A stretch of DNA of 64,000 nucleotides from an uncultured Verrucomicrobiae bacterium (GCA_963769025.1 CAVYKI010000009.1:224001-288000); one strand, 5' to 3'. Shown: positions 9,901 through 21,192, counted from the stretch's first letter. A program made the numbers and translations. Notes: generated by a model from the letters alone, not told the origin.

Positions 9901-12900
9901 GCTTCGGCGCGGCTTCCGGCGCGCCCGCACGGCTGCCGAATCTCTACGCGGCCGGTCGCGAGATCGGCGACGAATACCGCTACATCCTCGATCGGCGATA
10001 CCAGAAACTCTTTCCCGGCAACATGCTCACCCGTCCGGGTCTCCTGCTGAATCCGTGGGACAGGCGCTCGACCGAGGTCGAGGATCTCGCGCAGATGGAG
10101 GGTGAAATGGCCGGCGCGACACGCGGTGCGAAGGAATCCCAGTTGCGGCGCGCGTTCGCCGAACCGGCTGAGAAAAAGAAGGCCGGACCCGGCGGCGCGG
10201 CGGCGGAATCGAACCTCGACTTCCTCGCGGTTTCCGCGCCGGCGATTTACAATTTCCTGCCGGACAAGGACGGCACGGTGCGCATCGACCGCAGGATCCT
10301 CGGTGACCGCCAGCACGTTCAAATCTATGCGGAGGACCTCTCGAACGCCGTGTGGCGCTCATTCGCACTGCCCGAGGTGCCGACGAAATTCGCCGACCAG
10401 CGGCTGGTTCGGAACCTCGATCCGGCGAAGCCATTCACGCAGAAAAAGGAGATCACCGTCGTCGAACCGGGCAGGACGCTGACGCTCGCGGACATCCTCA
10501 CGAGCGAATTCGAGACCTATGACACGCTCGGCGGCGTCTTCTCGCTGCTCACGACTTTGAACGGCGACGCGACGCTCGCGAAGTTCGCGTGGGTGCTCGA
10601 ATGGCCGAAGCTCAAGGACGACGAGAAGCGCGCGAAATACAGCGAGTTCGCCAGCCACGAGCTGAACTTCTTCCTCGCGAAGAAGGACCGCGCATTTTTC
10701 GACACGGTGGTGAAGCCGTATCTGGCGAACAAGAAGGACCGGACGTTCATGGACGACTTCCTCCTCGAAAATGATCTCAAGTCCTACCTCCAGCCGTGGG
10801 CCTACGCCCGGCTGAATGTCGTCGAGCGCGCGCTGCTCGGCCAACGCATCGGCGGCGAGGCCGAGGGCGCGGCGCGGCATCTCCGCGAGCTGTGGGAGAT
10901 GATTCCGCCGAATCCGGACGAACAGGATCGCCTCTTCGAGACCGCTCTGCGCGGGCGTGCGCTGCTAGAGGAGACTGCAGATGCGGAAGGACTCGGAGTC
11001 TTCAAGCGCGAGAAGCTCAGGGCGGTTGATGCGCTCGGACGCAGCGAGGCAGCCGCGTCCGCGCCGATGGCACCGCCGCCAGTGAACGCGCCTACGCCGG
11101 CTGTACATTTTGCCGGTGGAATGCTCGCTCCGGAGGGTAGGGCATCCGGTGCCCATGCTGCTGCCAAGGGCGGTGCGGCGCCTTTGAATCAGCTGCAGAA
11201 GAACCTGTCCGACAAGCAGGCTGACAGCCCGGCACCCGCCCGTGACGGCCTCGAACGTGCGAAACGACAGAACCAGGAGCAACTCGAAGACCGGGGCAGG
11301 ATGCTGAGGCTGGGTGCCATTGTCTCGGACCCGAAGCCGGCGGAAGCCGCCGTCCTCGCGACAGACGCGGACGCGCTCTACTTCGGCGGCACGACAGCTG
11401 GCCAGAGCCCGCGGCCTCGTCCGCGCGTATTACCGGCAGATGGGGGCGACGAAGGAGTGGGCGGAGAACAATTATTACCGGCTGCCGCATCGAGCAGCAG
11501 GATGCGGGGCTGGTGACGGTGAACGCGTTCTGGCGCGACTACGCGGCTTGGGTGGGCGGCGGGGCGAAGGGCGCGTTTGTGTCCGGGAATGTCGCGGAGG
11601 CGAGCCGGAATTTCACGGAGATGCTGCTCGCGCTGGCGGTGCTGGATCTGCCGTTCGATGCGCCGAAGCACACGGCGAAGGCGGAGGGCGGGCAGTTCAC
11701 TTTCACGGCGGGCGGCGCGGCGATTGTGTATCACAAGGAGATCAAGCAGGCCGCGCCGGCGAAGGCGGACGCGGGGCAGTTGCTCGTCTCGCAGAGTTTC
11801 TTCCGGCAGAGCGACCGCTACCGGCAGGAAGGGAACGAGAAGTTTGAAAAGTACGTGACGGGGGAATTTCTCACCGGCGCGGTGTACGGGGCGAATGTCG
11901 TCGTGACCAATCCGACGAGTTCGCCGGTGAAGGCGGAGGTGCTGCTGCAAATCCCGAAGGGCGCGCTGCCGGTGCTCGGGAGCAAGGCGACGGACTCGCG
12001 CCGGCTGCGGCTGGAGCCTTACACGACGAAGACGTTCGAGTATTACTTCTACTTCCCGGCGGTGGCGGCGAATGGCGCGAAGTTCCCGCACTACCCGGTG
12101 AATGTCGCGGTCGCGGGCACGAGCGCGGCGGCGGCGAAGGCGTTTGAGTTCAACGTCGTCGCGAAGCTCACGCAGTTCGACAAGGCGTCGTGGGACTACG
12201 TCTCGCAGTACGGGACGGACGCGGAGGTGTTCGACTTCATCGCGGCGAACAACATCGAGTCGCTGAACATGGAGCGCATCGCGTGGCGGTGCGGCAGAGC
12301 GCGGAGTTTTTCAAGAAGCTCACCGGCGTGATGCAGCAGCGGCACGTGTGGAACGACGTGATCTACAGCTACGCGGTCGTGCACAACGACACGGCGGCGC
12401 TGCGCGAATGGCTGAAGCACCGCGATGATTTCGTCGCGCAGTGCGGGCCGTTCCTCGCGTCGAAGCTGCTGCTCATCGATCCCATCGAGCGGCGCGCGTA
12501 CGAGCATCTCGAATACAGCCCGCTGGTGAACCAGCGCGCGCACCGGCTCGGCAGCGAGCGGCGCATCGCGAATCCGGCGGTGCTTTCGCAATACCAATCG
12601 CTGCTCGGCATCCTCGCGCACAAGCCGCAGCTCGACGCGATGGACAGCATGAGCGTGACGTACCAGCTCTTCCTGCAGGACCGCGTGGAGGAGGCGCTCG
12701 CGCGTTTCCGCGCCGTGGATGCGACCGCGCTGCCGATGAAGATCCAGCACGACTACTTCAAGTGCTACGCGGACTTCTACGAGGACAACGTCGCCGGGGC
12801 GCGCGGCATCGCGGCGAACTACGCGGGGCATCCCGTCGCGCGCTGGCGGAACCTTTTCGCCGAAGTCGCCTCGCAGCTCGACGAAGCCGAGGGCAAGGCC

Positions 12901-13617
12901 GCTGCCAAAAAGGACGATGACAAACCCGACCGCGAGAAACAGCAGGCGGAACTCGCCGCGACCGAGCCGACCTTTGATTTGAAGGTCGAGAACCGGAGCA
13001 TCGCGCTCACGTGGAAAAATCTCGGCGAGGTGACGATCAACTACTACCTCATGGACCCGGAGTTTTCGTTCAGCAGCAATCCATTCGTGAGCCAGGACGC
13101 GGGGCGCTTCAGCATCATCAAGCCCACGCAAAGCGCGAAGCACGCGCTGCCCACGGGCAAGGACGCGCTCGACATCCCGCTGCCGGGCGAGTTTGCAAAG
13201 GCGAACGTGCTCGTGGAAGTCGTCGGCGCCGGACAGCGCAAGGCGCAGGCCTACCACGCGAACACGCTGAAGCTCACGCTCACGGAAAACTACGGCCGCA
13301 TCGAGGCGCGCGACAGCGGCAGCAACAAGCCGGTCGCGAAGGCGTATGTGAAAGTGTACGCGCGGCTCAAGAACGGCACGGTGCGGTTCTTCAAGGACGG
13401 CTACACCGACCTGCGCGGACGCTTCGACTATGCGAGCCTGAACGCCCCGGAAAACGTGCAGCCCACCCCGCTCACGAACGAACCCGCCCCCGCCAACGGC
13501 CTCGACTACCAGATGCTCAAGCCGACGGAGCTGAACCACGTGGACAAGCTCGCCATCCTGCTGCTCAGCGACACCAACGGCGCCACCGTCCGCGAGGTGA
13601 ACCCGCCGACGAACTGA
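6905..13617 (+). CDS. Giant secreted hypothetical protein (about 2,230 aa), split by several frameshifts
   Basis: Signal peptide MSKRTSFHLPAAIALVTSLVLPVCSWA. Coding-like segments continue through ORFs 6527-7876, 7711-9804, 9756-11516, 11513-12331 and 12190-13617 with no intergenic gaps. C-terminal motif YVKVY…FFKDGYTDLRGRFDYASL. Confidence 0.75.
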
Positions 13618-13951
13618 ACGGGCCATCGCGGTGAACCGCGGGGATCGCACGCACCGGCGTCACGCAAACGCGAAGGTTTCCGCCCTCGCCGTCCTGTTCG
13701 AGCGCGGGTCTCCAGCCAATTGCGTCAACACGCAGCGCACGCGCCAGTCGCCGGGCCCGCCGGAATGGAGCAGCACCGACGAGATGATGGCGCCTCGACA
13801 CCAAGAGCGAGGAATCACATGCCATTCTGGACGAGTGCCTGCCCGATTCCATCGCCAAGGCCCTGGCAACGCGCGCCACCCTGATCGCGGAGCACGATTT
13901 CATGACGCAGTTTGCCACGAAGGGTGATTGCCAATGTAGGCAGGGGCACAG

Positions 13952-14638
13952 CTAGAGCGGGCGCGGCTGGGCGAGCCGGTTGATTTGCGCCGCTGCGAAC
14001 GCAGCGCCGAAGCCGTTGTCGATATTCACGACCGTCACTCCGCTGCCGCAGGAATTCAGCATCCCGAGCAGCGCTGCAACGCCGCCAAAGCTTGCGCCGT
14101 ACCCGATGCTCGTCGGCACGGCGATGACCGGTTTGCTCACGAGACCGGCCACCGCGCTCGGCAGTGCGCCCTCCATGCCGGCGACCACGATGACGGCATT
14201 TGCCGCCTCGATGCGGTCGCGGACCGCGAGCAGGCGGTGGATTCCCGCGACACCGACATCGGTGATTCGCTCGACACGATTGCCGAAGATTTCGAGAGTC
14301 ACCGCGGCCTCATCTGCGACAGGGACATCGCTGGTACCTGCGCAGACAACGGCGATGAAACCATCGAGTTTCGCGAGAGGGGTGCGCTCGAGGGTGATGC
14401 ACCGTGCACTCGCATGCCAGCGGGCGTCGGGAAAATGAGCGGCGACCGCGCGCCATTGATCTTCGTTCGCACGGCTGACGAGCAGCACCGGATCATTTTC
14501 CAAGATCGCTTTCGCAATCTCGCCGACCTGTGCCGGTGTCTTGCCAAGACCGAAGATCACCTCCGGAAATCCACAGCGCCTCCGGCGGTCCGTGTCCACC
14601 CGTGCAAAGCCGATATCGGTGAAGCCGCCTGCCGTCAC
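13952..14638 (-). CDS. larB: LarB-like nickel-pincer cofactor biosynthesis protein (AIR carboxylase family)
   Basis: Motifs ARVDTDRRRRCGFPEVIFGLGKT, AGTSD, DVGVAGIHRL, AGMEGALPS, PTSIGYG, VNIDNGFGAA. Confidence 0.9.
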   Translation of the reverse strand: MTAGGFTDIGFARVDTDRRRRCGFPEVIFGLGKTPAQVGEIAKAILENDPVLLVSRANEDQWRAVAAHFPDARWHASARCITLERTPLAKLDGFIAVVCAGTSDVPVADEAAVTLEIFGNRVERITDVGVAGIHRLLAVRDRIEAANAVIVVAGMEGALPSAVAGLVSKPVIAVPTSIGYGASFGGVAALLGMLNSCGSGVTVVNIDNGFGAAFAAAQINRLAQPRPL

Positions 14639-15126
14639 GATTTCGGCAGTGTCGCCGCATCCTTCGTGAGCGGAAGGCGCAGCGGGATCATCTGGCTCTT
14701 GAAGAAACCAAGCTTTTCAAAAAATGCATGCCCCTCCGCATTGATGCGGTCCGTCAGCAGCGTGATCCGGAGGAGTTCCTTTTTCTTCGCGTAATCAATC
14801 ACGTGCTTCAGCAGTTGCGAACCCACGCCTCGTCCGCGGAAATCCACCTGCACGATTACATCCTCGAGCAATCCGACGAAGCCGCCCTCCGCCGTGCTGA
14901 TCGTGAACAGGAGGTTCACCATGCCTACGATGGTGTCATTCCAGCGGCAGACAAAAATGCGCCCCCGGCTTGGTTGCTCGAGGATCAGTCGCAGCCCGCG
15001 CTCCTGCTTCGCACGGTCGGGCACGAAATCTCCCTCCTGCCCGAAAAGTTCGTAGAGAAGATTCACCATCTGCGGCAAATCTTCCATCGTGGCTTGTTCG
15101 ATGATGGTTTCGTTCATCCCGGGCAT
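14635..15126 (-). CDS. GNAT family N-acetyltransferase
   Basis: LLEDVIVQVDFRGRGVGSQLL (acetyl-CoA motif A) and RITLLTDRINAEGHAFFEKLGF. Stop overlaps the larB start. Confidence 0.88.
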   Translation of the reverse strand: MPGMNETIIEQATMEDLPQMVNLLYELFGQEGDFVPDRAKQERGLRLILEQPSRGRIFVCRWNDTIVGMVNLLFTISTAEGGFVGLLEDVIVQVDFRGRGVGSQLLKHVIDYAKKKELLRITLLTDRINAEGHAFFEKLGFFKSQMIPLRLPLTKDAATLPKS

Positions 15127-15236
15127 GGCCTCCTCTTGGCAGAGGGGTGAACGGCGCGCAAGGCGCGAATGGGCTCCGCAGTGATGAACTGAAGGAGGGT
15201 CTTGTTTGAGTCGGCAATTTCCGGTGAAAATGCTGC

Positions 15237-16334
15237 ATGACACCCCATCGAAGCCATCGCCGTGATTTTCTGAAACTCGCCGGCCTTGCCGGTGCCTCGC
15301 TCGCCTGCACCTGGCTTCCGCTCCGCGCTGCGACGGACAGGGCGAAGCGGCCCAGGATTCGGGTCGGACAGATTGGCACGGCACACGCGCACGCAGGTGG
15401 AAAGATGGACACGATGCGGGCTTCCGATGACTTCGAGGTGGTGGGCGTCGTCGAACCGGATGAGCGCCGTCGTGCTGCGCTTGCGGAGAGCAAGACCTAC
15501 GCGGGAATTCCCGTGATGACCGAGGAGCAACTGCTGAACGCGCCGGGTCTGCAGGCCGTCGCCGTCGAGACGGAGGTGAAGGATCTCGTGCCCGCCGCCG
15601 CACGCTGCATCGCCGCCGGGAAGCACATTCACCTCGACAAGCCCGCCGGTGAATCGCTCCCCGCTCTCCGCCGCCTGCTCGACGACGCCACCGCGCGCAA
15701 GCTCACCGTGCAGATGGGCTACATGCTGCGCTACAATCCGGCTTTCGAACTGTGCCGGAAATTGATCCGCGAGGGCGCGCTCGGCGAAGTCTTCTCGATC
15801 GAGGCGGCGATGGGCAAAATCCAGGGCGACGAGGAACGCCGCGCGCTCGCGCCATACCGGGGCGGCGCGATGTTTGAACTCGGCTGCCACGTCATTGATT
15901 CCGTCGTCGCGATCCTCGGCCGTCCGGAAAAGGTCACGCCGCACAGCCGGAGTTCCTCGCCGCTGAAGGACGGCTTCGCGGACAACCAGACCGCGGTCCT
16001 CGATTATCCATCGGCCATCGCCACGGTGCGCAGCGTGCTCGTGGAATGGGATGGCGGCGCGCGACGGCAGTTCGCCGTGTGCGGGACAAAGGGAACGATG
16101 GACATCCGCCCGATCGAGCATCCCGAGGCGCGCCTCACGCTCAGCGCCGCGCACGGCGAATACAAGGCGGGCAGGCAGGCGCTGACCTTCCCGAAGGGCA
16201 GGGGACGCTACGACGGCGACTTCGAGGATCTCGCAAAAGTGATCCGCGGCGAAAAGGCTCTGGCCTTCACGCCCGCGCACGACCTCGCGACGCACGAGAC
16301 CATCCTGCGCGCGAGTGGGCTGCCGGTGGACTAG
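15237..16334 (+). CDS. Gfo/Idh/MocA family oxidoreductase with Tat signal peptide
   Basis: HRRDFLK twin-arginine signal, GQIGTAHAHA, HLDKPAG, GGAMFELGCH. Confidence 0.9.
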   Translation: MTPHRSHRRDFLKLAGLAGASLACTWLPLRAATDRAKRPRIRVGQIGTAHAHAGGKMDTMRASDDFEVVGVVEPDERRRAALAESKTYAGIPVMTEEQLLNAPGLQAVAVETEVKDLVPAAARCIAAGKHIHLDKPAGESLPALRRLLDDATARKLTVQMGYMLRYNPAFELCRKLIREGALGEVFSIEAAMGKIQGDEERRALAPYRGGAMFELGCHVIDSVVAILGRPEKVTPHSRSSSPLKDGFADNQTAVLDYPSAIATVRSVLVEWDGGARRQFAVCGTKGTMDIRPIEHPEARLTLSAAHGEYKAGRQALTFPKGRGRYDGDFEDLAKVIRGEKALAFTPAHDLATHETILRASGLPVD

Positions 16335-18964
16335 AGGGTCGTGTCGATTTCGGGCGCGTTGGCGTCGAGGGCCCGGGCCTTCAGCATCGCCTTCGCGTCT
16401 TCGACGCTGATCTTCTTCGCCGGCAGCGGCCAGCCGAGCGTGTCGCCGTTCGGCGTGAAGCCGTGGCCGTCGAGATCGACGAAGATCGGATTGTGATAGG
16501 CGAAGGGGCGGATCTTCGCCTGCGCGCTCGTGCCGTAGCCGATGCGAGAGGTCGCTCTTTTCGCCGGCACGCGACGACGATGAGGTGCGCGTCTTCGCTC
16601 AGCGGCACGTCGATGCGTCTCGTCGAATTTCACGACGCCGTCCTTGAACATTCGCCGCGCGCAGTCGCGCGGGTGAAGTTCAGCTCGGGCCGCGCGCGGC
16701 CATTCACCAGCACCTGCACGCGGTCGATGTCGATCCAGTCGGTGCATTGCACGCGGACGTGCGAGCTTCACGCCGCCGCCGATCGGCGCGCGCGGTGTCG
16801 CCGGGGCCGGTGCCGTCGTCGGTGCGTGACCTGGAGAAACGGACCGGTGGTGAGGTAGCTGCGGCCGGCCTTGGCGGCGCGGCAGTTTTCCCGCCAGTCG
16901 ATCTTCGCCGGTTCGTCGCTCGCGCTCGGCATGTACATGCGCCAGCCGCCGACGCCGTTGCCGTAGACGGTGTGCGCGTCGCACACGGCCATGCCGGCGT
17001 AGCGATGGCCGCGGTTCAGCATTTGCAGCCAGATGAATTCGCGGATGATGCTCACGCTTTCCTTCCCGGTCTTCGCGTTCCGGCCGATCGTGAACGGGCC
17101 GCCCGCCGAGGATTTCGCTCGCGCCGTAGTTCTGCGTCTCGACGCCGTCGATGAGCGTCGCGAGCCCGCGGAAGCCGCCGTCCACGCGTCCGTCGCCGTC
17201 GCGCGTCGATGAAGTTTGTCACCATGTCGGGATGATTGATCTGCACCCAGCGATCCGGCTCCGCGCCCTGCCAGTCGCGCAGCGTGATCGCGGTGATGCG
17301 CGGGTCCTTGTTCCAGACCGGCGCGCCGTTGTCCTGCGTGCGCGGCACGGGCTTGAAGGGAAAGGAATTGAAGTGCGCACCGCTGCCGGTGAGTTCCATG
17401 CCGGGCACGGTCTGGATGAACTGCGCGAGGCCGAGCCGGTCGATGTGCGGGCGCCAGTCGTAGAGGCGGTTGTGCTCGGTGGTCGGCGCAAACTCGATGT
17501 GCTCGGCGGCGAGATTGATGATGCGGTCGTCCGTGCCGCAGGTGTTGTCGCCGCTCTGCGTGGAGTGGTTGTGATAGTCGGCGCTCACCCAGCCGCGCGT
17601 GTCCACGAGGCGCTTCAGCGTTCCGGAAAAGGCGAACGTCTCGCCGGCCTTGAGCGTCACCTCCTGCGCGAGGTGCGAATACTCGATGCCGCGCGTGACG
17701 ACGACGCGGTAGCTCGCCGGGCGGGAGCTGCACGCGGAAATCGCCCGCGCTCGCTGTGATACTGGTCGCGGCAGCCGTGCGCGCGCTGCTCCGGGCCGAG
17801 GTTCACCGGGTCGGTGCCTTCCAGCGCGAGGAACTGCGCCTTGCACGGCAGCGTCGCTCCCTTCTCGTCGCGGATGTCAAACTGCACCGCGCTCGCGGCC
17901 GCCATCGTGGCGTCAGCTTCGCCTCGGCATTCGCGGCGACGGTGACTTCCATTTCCACATTCGCGCGTCCGAGGTCGGTGAAGGTGATCACGTAGCTGCC
18001 GGGCGGAAACGAGAACGCGAAGCGCCCCTGCGCATCCGTGGATCCGATCGCCGCCGCTCGCAGCGCCGCACGCGCGAATGCCGTCGGCGCGGATGCCGCG
18101 GGGGTCACGCCTTTGGCCGGGAGATTCTTTGCTGCCTCACGATGAGGTGCGCACCTGCGACCGGTGCGCCGCCCGCGTCCTTCACGGTGCCCGTGATTTT
18201 CCCCGCATCGCCCTGCTTCTCCGCGACGAGGCCCACGGCCTCCGCGGGCGAACGTCCGACGGCGAGGAATCGCGTGAACGTCACGGACGCGCCGGGCGCC
18301 AGTTCGCGCATCGTCTTCGTCGCCGCGTCGTCCTTGTCCTCGGTGAAGCCGGCCGCGTAGCCGCAGCGGTCCGCCGGGTCCACGGATTCCGCCCACTGGA
18401 TTGGGCCGTGCGCGAATGTCGCGCTGCCCGTGCGCACGAAGTTCGTCCACTTGTCGCTGAGCAAAATGTTGCGCGGCTTCGCGCCTTCATTCGTGATCAC
18501 CGTGGTCACGGACACGCCCGACCATCCGTCGCGCAGCCGGTATTGCTGGCTGCGCGAGACGCCGTCGCGCCCGGGGGAAGTCGACACGCATTCGACGAGC
18601 GCCTCGCCGTCCTTGCCGTCCTTCGACACGCGCACCCATGACACCGTGCCCTGCTGCTGCGCGGGTTGGAAAATGGTGAGCTGGTCGTTGTTTTCGCCGC
18701 GCAGCGTGAGGTCGTAGATGCAGCCGGGCGTGACGCCCGTGTCGCCGTAAAACGTGCTCATGTTCGCACGCCGCAGCGGGAGATTGCCCGAGATCACCGC
18801 CTCGATCTTGTCGTTCCGCAAAATGAAATCGCCGATGATCCCATCCGCCTCACGCCCGCCCGGAAGCGCGGATTTTTGATCCGGCCCGACCTCGAACGCC
18901 TCGGGCTGCGGCAATGGCGAACGGTGAAAAGCGCGAGGGAGAAGAGGAGGGAGGGGATTCTCAT
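16331..18964 (-). CDS. Secreted PHP-fold metallohydrolase (CehA/McbA-like) with carboxypeptidase-regulatory-like domain; frameshifted
   Basis: Signal [13 protein letters not shown] and [17 protein letters not shown]-terminus. Metal-ligand motifs ADYHNHS, PTTEHN, GMELT, INHP and CDAH are spread across frameshifted ORF pieces. Confidence 0.75.
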
Positions 18965-19010
18965 GCGGAAGGCAACCGCGTGGCGTGGCGGGTCTTTGCG
19001 CATTTCGCTG

Positions 19011-19085
19011 GTAGGGCGCTTTCGCCGAAAGCGCCCATTTTTGCTTCCACGAGGGATCAGGGCGCGCTCGGCGAGAGCGTCCTCC
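19011..19085. repeat. GTAG-type REP inverted doublet
   Basis: GTAGGGCGCTTTCGCCGAAAGCGCCC followed by a degenerate inverted copy GGGCGCGCTCGGCGAGAGCGTCCTCC. Confidence 0.7.
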
Positions 19086-19096
19086 CCATGCGAACG

Positions 19097-20075
19097 CTAC
19101 CTCGCGAACTTCGCAGCTTCGCGGATTGTCGCTTCGAGCGCCGCGGCTTTTTCTTCGGCTTCGGCGATGGGGATCCCTTTTGCCATGCCGGGGCGGAGGT
19201 GACCGGCGGCGCGTGAGATACGAGTCGCACAGAACGCGGTTGCGCTTGTGGAGGCTGTCAAAGAATACGCTGCTCTTCGTGCTCGCTGCCCACTCGCTGT
19301 CGAGCAGCTTGAAGAACGCGGGAGCCTTTTCCGGAGACAGTGCGCTGAGGATCGCCTCGGCGATCACGCGGTGGCCGTCGTTGTTCGCGTGGACGCCGTC
19401 CTTCGCGTAGAAGAATCCCGGGTCCGTCTTGCGCTTCTCGGCGAGTGCGGCGGCCATGGCGCTGTGCGTGTCGATCACGCGCCAGCCTTCCGCTTTGCCC
19501 TGCTCGACGAGCCATGCGGAGTAGCGGTCGAGCACGCCGTTGTAGCCCTCGAAGAACTCGCCGTCCTTCACGACGTCGGCGGTTTTGGTGCGCCCCTTGA
19601 GCGGCACGGCGTCGAATACCGGTGGAGTGAGATGGATGATTTTCGCGCCGGCCTTCTCCACCTTCTCGCGCAGCTTGCGGATGCCGGCCTGGTACGCGGC
19701 GAAGCGCTTTTCGTCGAAGGGGAGGTAGATGCCGCAGTTCATGCCGTAGCACGCGAAGACGAGGTCGGGCTTCACCGTGGCGAGCACGCGGTCGAGGCGC
19801 TCATGCACATCTGGGCGCGGAAATTTTCCGCCCGCGTGCCCGGCCTCGCTGAGCCCGCTCACGGTCTCGCTCGGCAGGCCGCAGTCGATCACCTTGATTT
19901 GCCTGTCGGGAAATTGCGTGAAGATGAACGCGTCGAAGAGTTCAGTGTAGCGGCCCGCGTAGGTGATGCTGTCGCCGAGGAAAAGGACGCGCTTCACGCC
20001 GGGCAGGAAGTCCTCGGCAAGGGCGGGGGAGATGAATGCGATGAGGAGGAATGCGAGTGTGCGGAGGGTTTTCAT
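19097..20075 (-). CDS. Secreted SGNH/GDSL hydrolase (frameshift near the C-terminus)
   Basis: Signal MKTLRTLAFLLIAFISPALA; blocks FLGDSIT, GLPSET, YGMN, DGVH. After an indel near 19210 the frame reads AGHLRPGMAKGIP…AKFAR*. Confidence 0.85.
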
Positions 20076-20136
20076 GCGAGGGGCGCGCATTGTGTGGAGC
20101 GCGATGCAATCCGCAAGGGCGAAGCCGCGGAAGAGT

Positions 20137-20200
20137 CCGCAGATTGCACGGATTTTCGCAGGGGAAGATTGGCCGTGATGCCCAATCTGCGGGAATCGGC
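20137..20200. repeat. Degenerate inverted repeat with roughly 9-mer units
   Basis: CCGCAGATTG-CACGGATTT-TCGCAG … AATCTGCGG-GAATCGGCG. Confidence 0.4.
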
Positions 20201-20223
20201 GGAAGGATCCGTGCGAAGCGCTC

Positions 20224-20769
20224 CTACAGCCCGAGCTGTATTTCATGGAGCTGCGTGCTCCACTTTGCGAGGAAGACGAGCGAGGCGAGCAGTGTGGCGA
20301 GTTGTGCAGGTTCGGTCCATTCGCTGCGGAGCGTGGTCATGCACTCCGCCGTTCTCGTCTGGACCTCGGCGACGAGTTCCTCAAGGCGTGAGCGGAATAC
20401 CACCCGCTCGCCTTCCAGCACGGCTTTCGTCACCGGGGAGGTCGCCGCCTCGAGCTTCATTCCAAACTGCTGCGCCGCCTGCCGGAATCCCGCGATGCGC
20501 ATGAACAGGTCCGCGAGCTCCGGCGGCGTTTCACCGGCTGCGGCCAGCGCCTCGGGGTGAACCAACTCGAGGAAATGCCGCAGGCATCCGGCCGGCTCGC
20601 GGAGCGCCTGCCACGCGGCGTTCAGCTCGGTGAATGCCGCTCCGTCGCCGCCCGCAGCATCGGGATGCCGCTCGGCGCTCAGCTTGTGAAAGCGCGACTT
20701 CAATTCCTCCGCATCCACCCACGCCGCCCGCGGGAGGCCGAGCACGGCAAAATGATCCGCCGCGGCCAT
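20224..20769 (-). CDS. HscB-like J-domain co-chaperone
   Basis: DHFAVLGLP…ELKSRFHKLSAERHPD…LNAAWQALREP (J domain with HPD). Translationally coupled to the iscA-like gene. Confidence 0.8.
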   Translation of the reverse strand: MAAADHFAVLGLPRAAWVDAEELKSRFHKLSAERHPDAAGGDGAAFTELNAAWQALREPAGCLRHFLELVHPEALAAAGETPPELADLFMRIAGFRQAAQQFGMKLEAATSPVTKAVLEGERVVFRSRLEELVAEVQTRTAECMTTLRSEWTEPAQLATLLASLVFLAKWSTQLHEIQLGL

Positions 20770-21143
20770 CAGGCGGAAAAGCTTTCGCCGCAAGAGCAGT
20801 GCGCCTCGGCGTTCGGGTTGGTCACCTTGAAGCCGCCCTTTTGCAGGTCGTCCGAAAAATCCAGCACGCTCCCGCTCACGAACAGCGCGCTCTTCGGGTC
20901 AATCACCACGCGCACTTCCTGCGAGGTCACGATGATGTCGCGGTTCGCCGGGCCGTCCACGAGGTCCATCTTGTATTGCAGCCCCGAGCAGCCGCCGCCG
21001 ATCACCGCCACGCGCAGCGCGCCTTGCGGGCGGCCCTGCTTGGTGAGGAGCGAGCCGAGCTTGGCACCGGCCTTCTCGGTGAGCTTGAGCAGCTTTTCAT
21101 TGCCGATCTTCGTCTGGATCGGCGCGGCGGTCGTGGTCGTCAT
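20769..21143 (-). CDS. IscA/HesB-family Fe-S cluster assembly protein
   Basis: GGGCSGLQY and [16 protein letters not shown]. Confidence 0.93.
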   Translation of the reverse strand: MTTTTAAPIQTKIGNEKLLKLTEKAGAKLGSLLTKQGRPQGALRVAVIGGGCSGLQYKMDLVDGPANRDIIVTSQEVRVVIDPKSALFVSGSVLDFSDDLQKGGFKVTNPNAEAHCSCGESFSA

Positions 21144-21192
21144 TGCGGGCAATGTAGTTTTCCAAATGCGCGATGTCCAACGCGGGCTGCGA

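Noticed and set aside
13618..13951. Possible gene remnant (ILDECLPDSIAKAL, PIN-like) in a 334-bp gap
   Set aside because: No credible start or full ORF; similarity too short to support.
18105..20246. Apparent SGNH-metallohydrolase fusion ORF
   Set aside because: Produced by compensating indels. The SGNH gene has its own stop (19097), the second gene has its own signal peptide (18964), and a REP lies between them.
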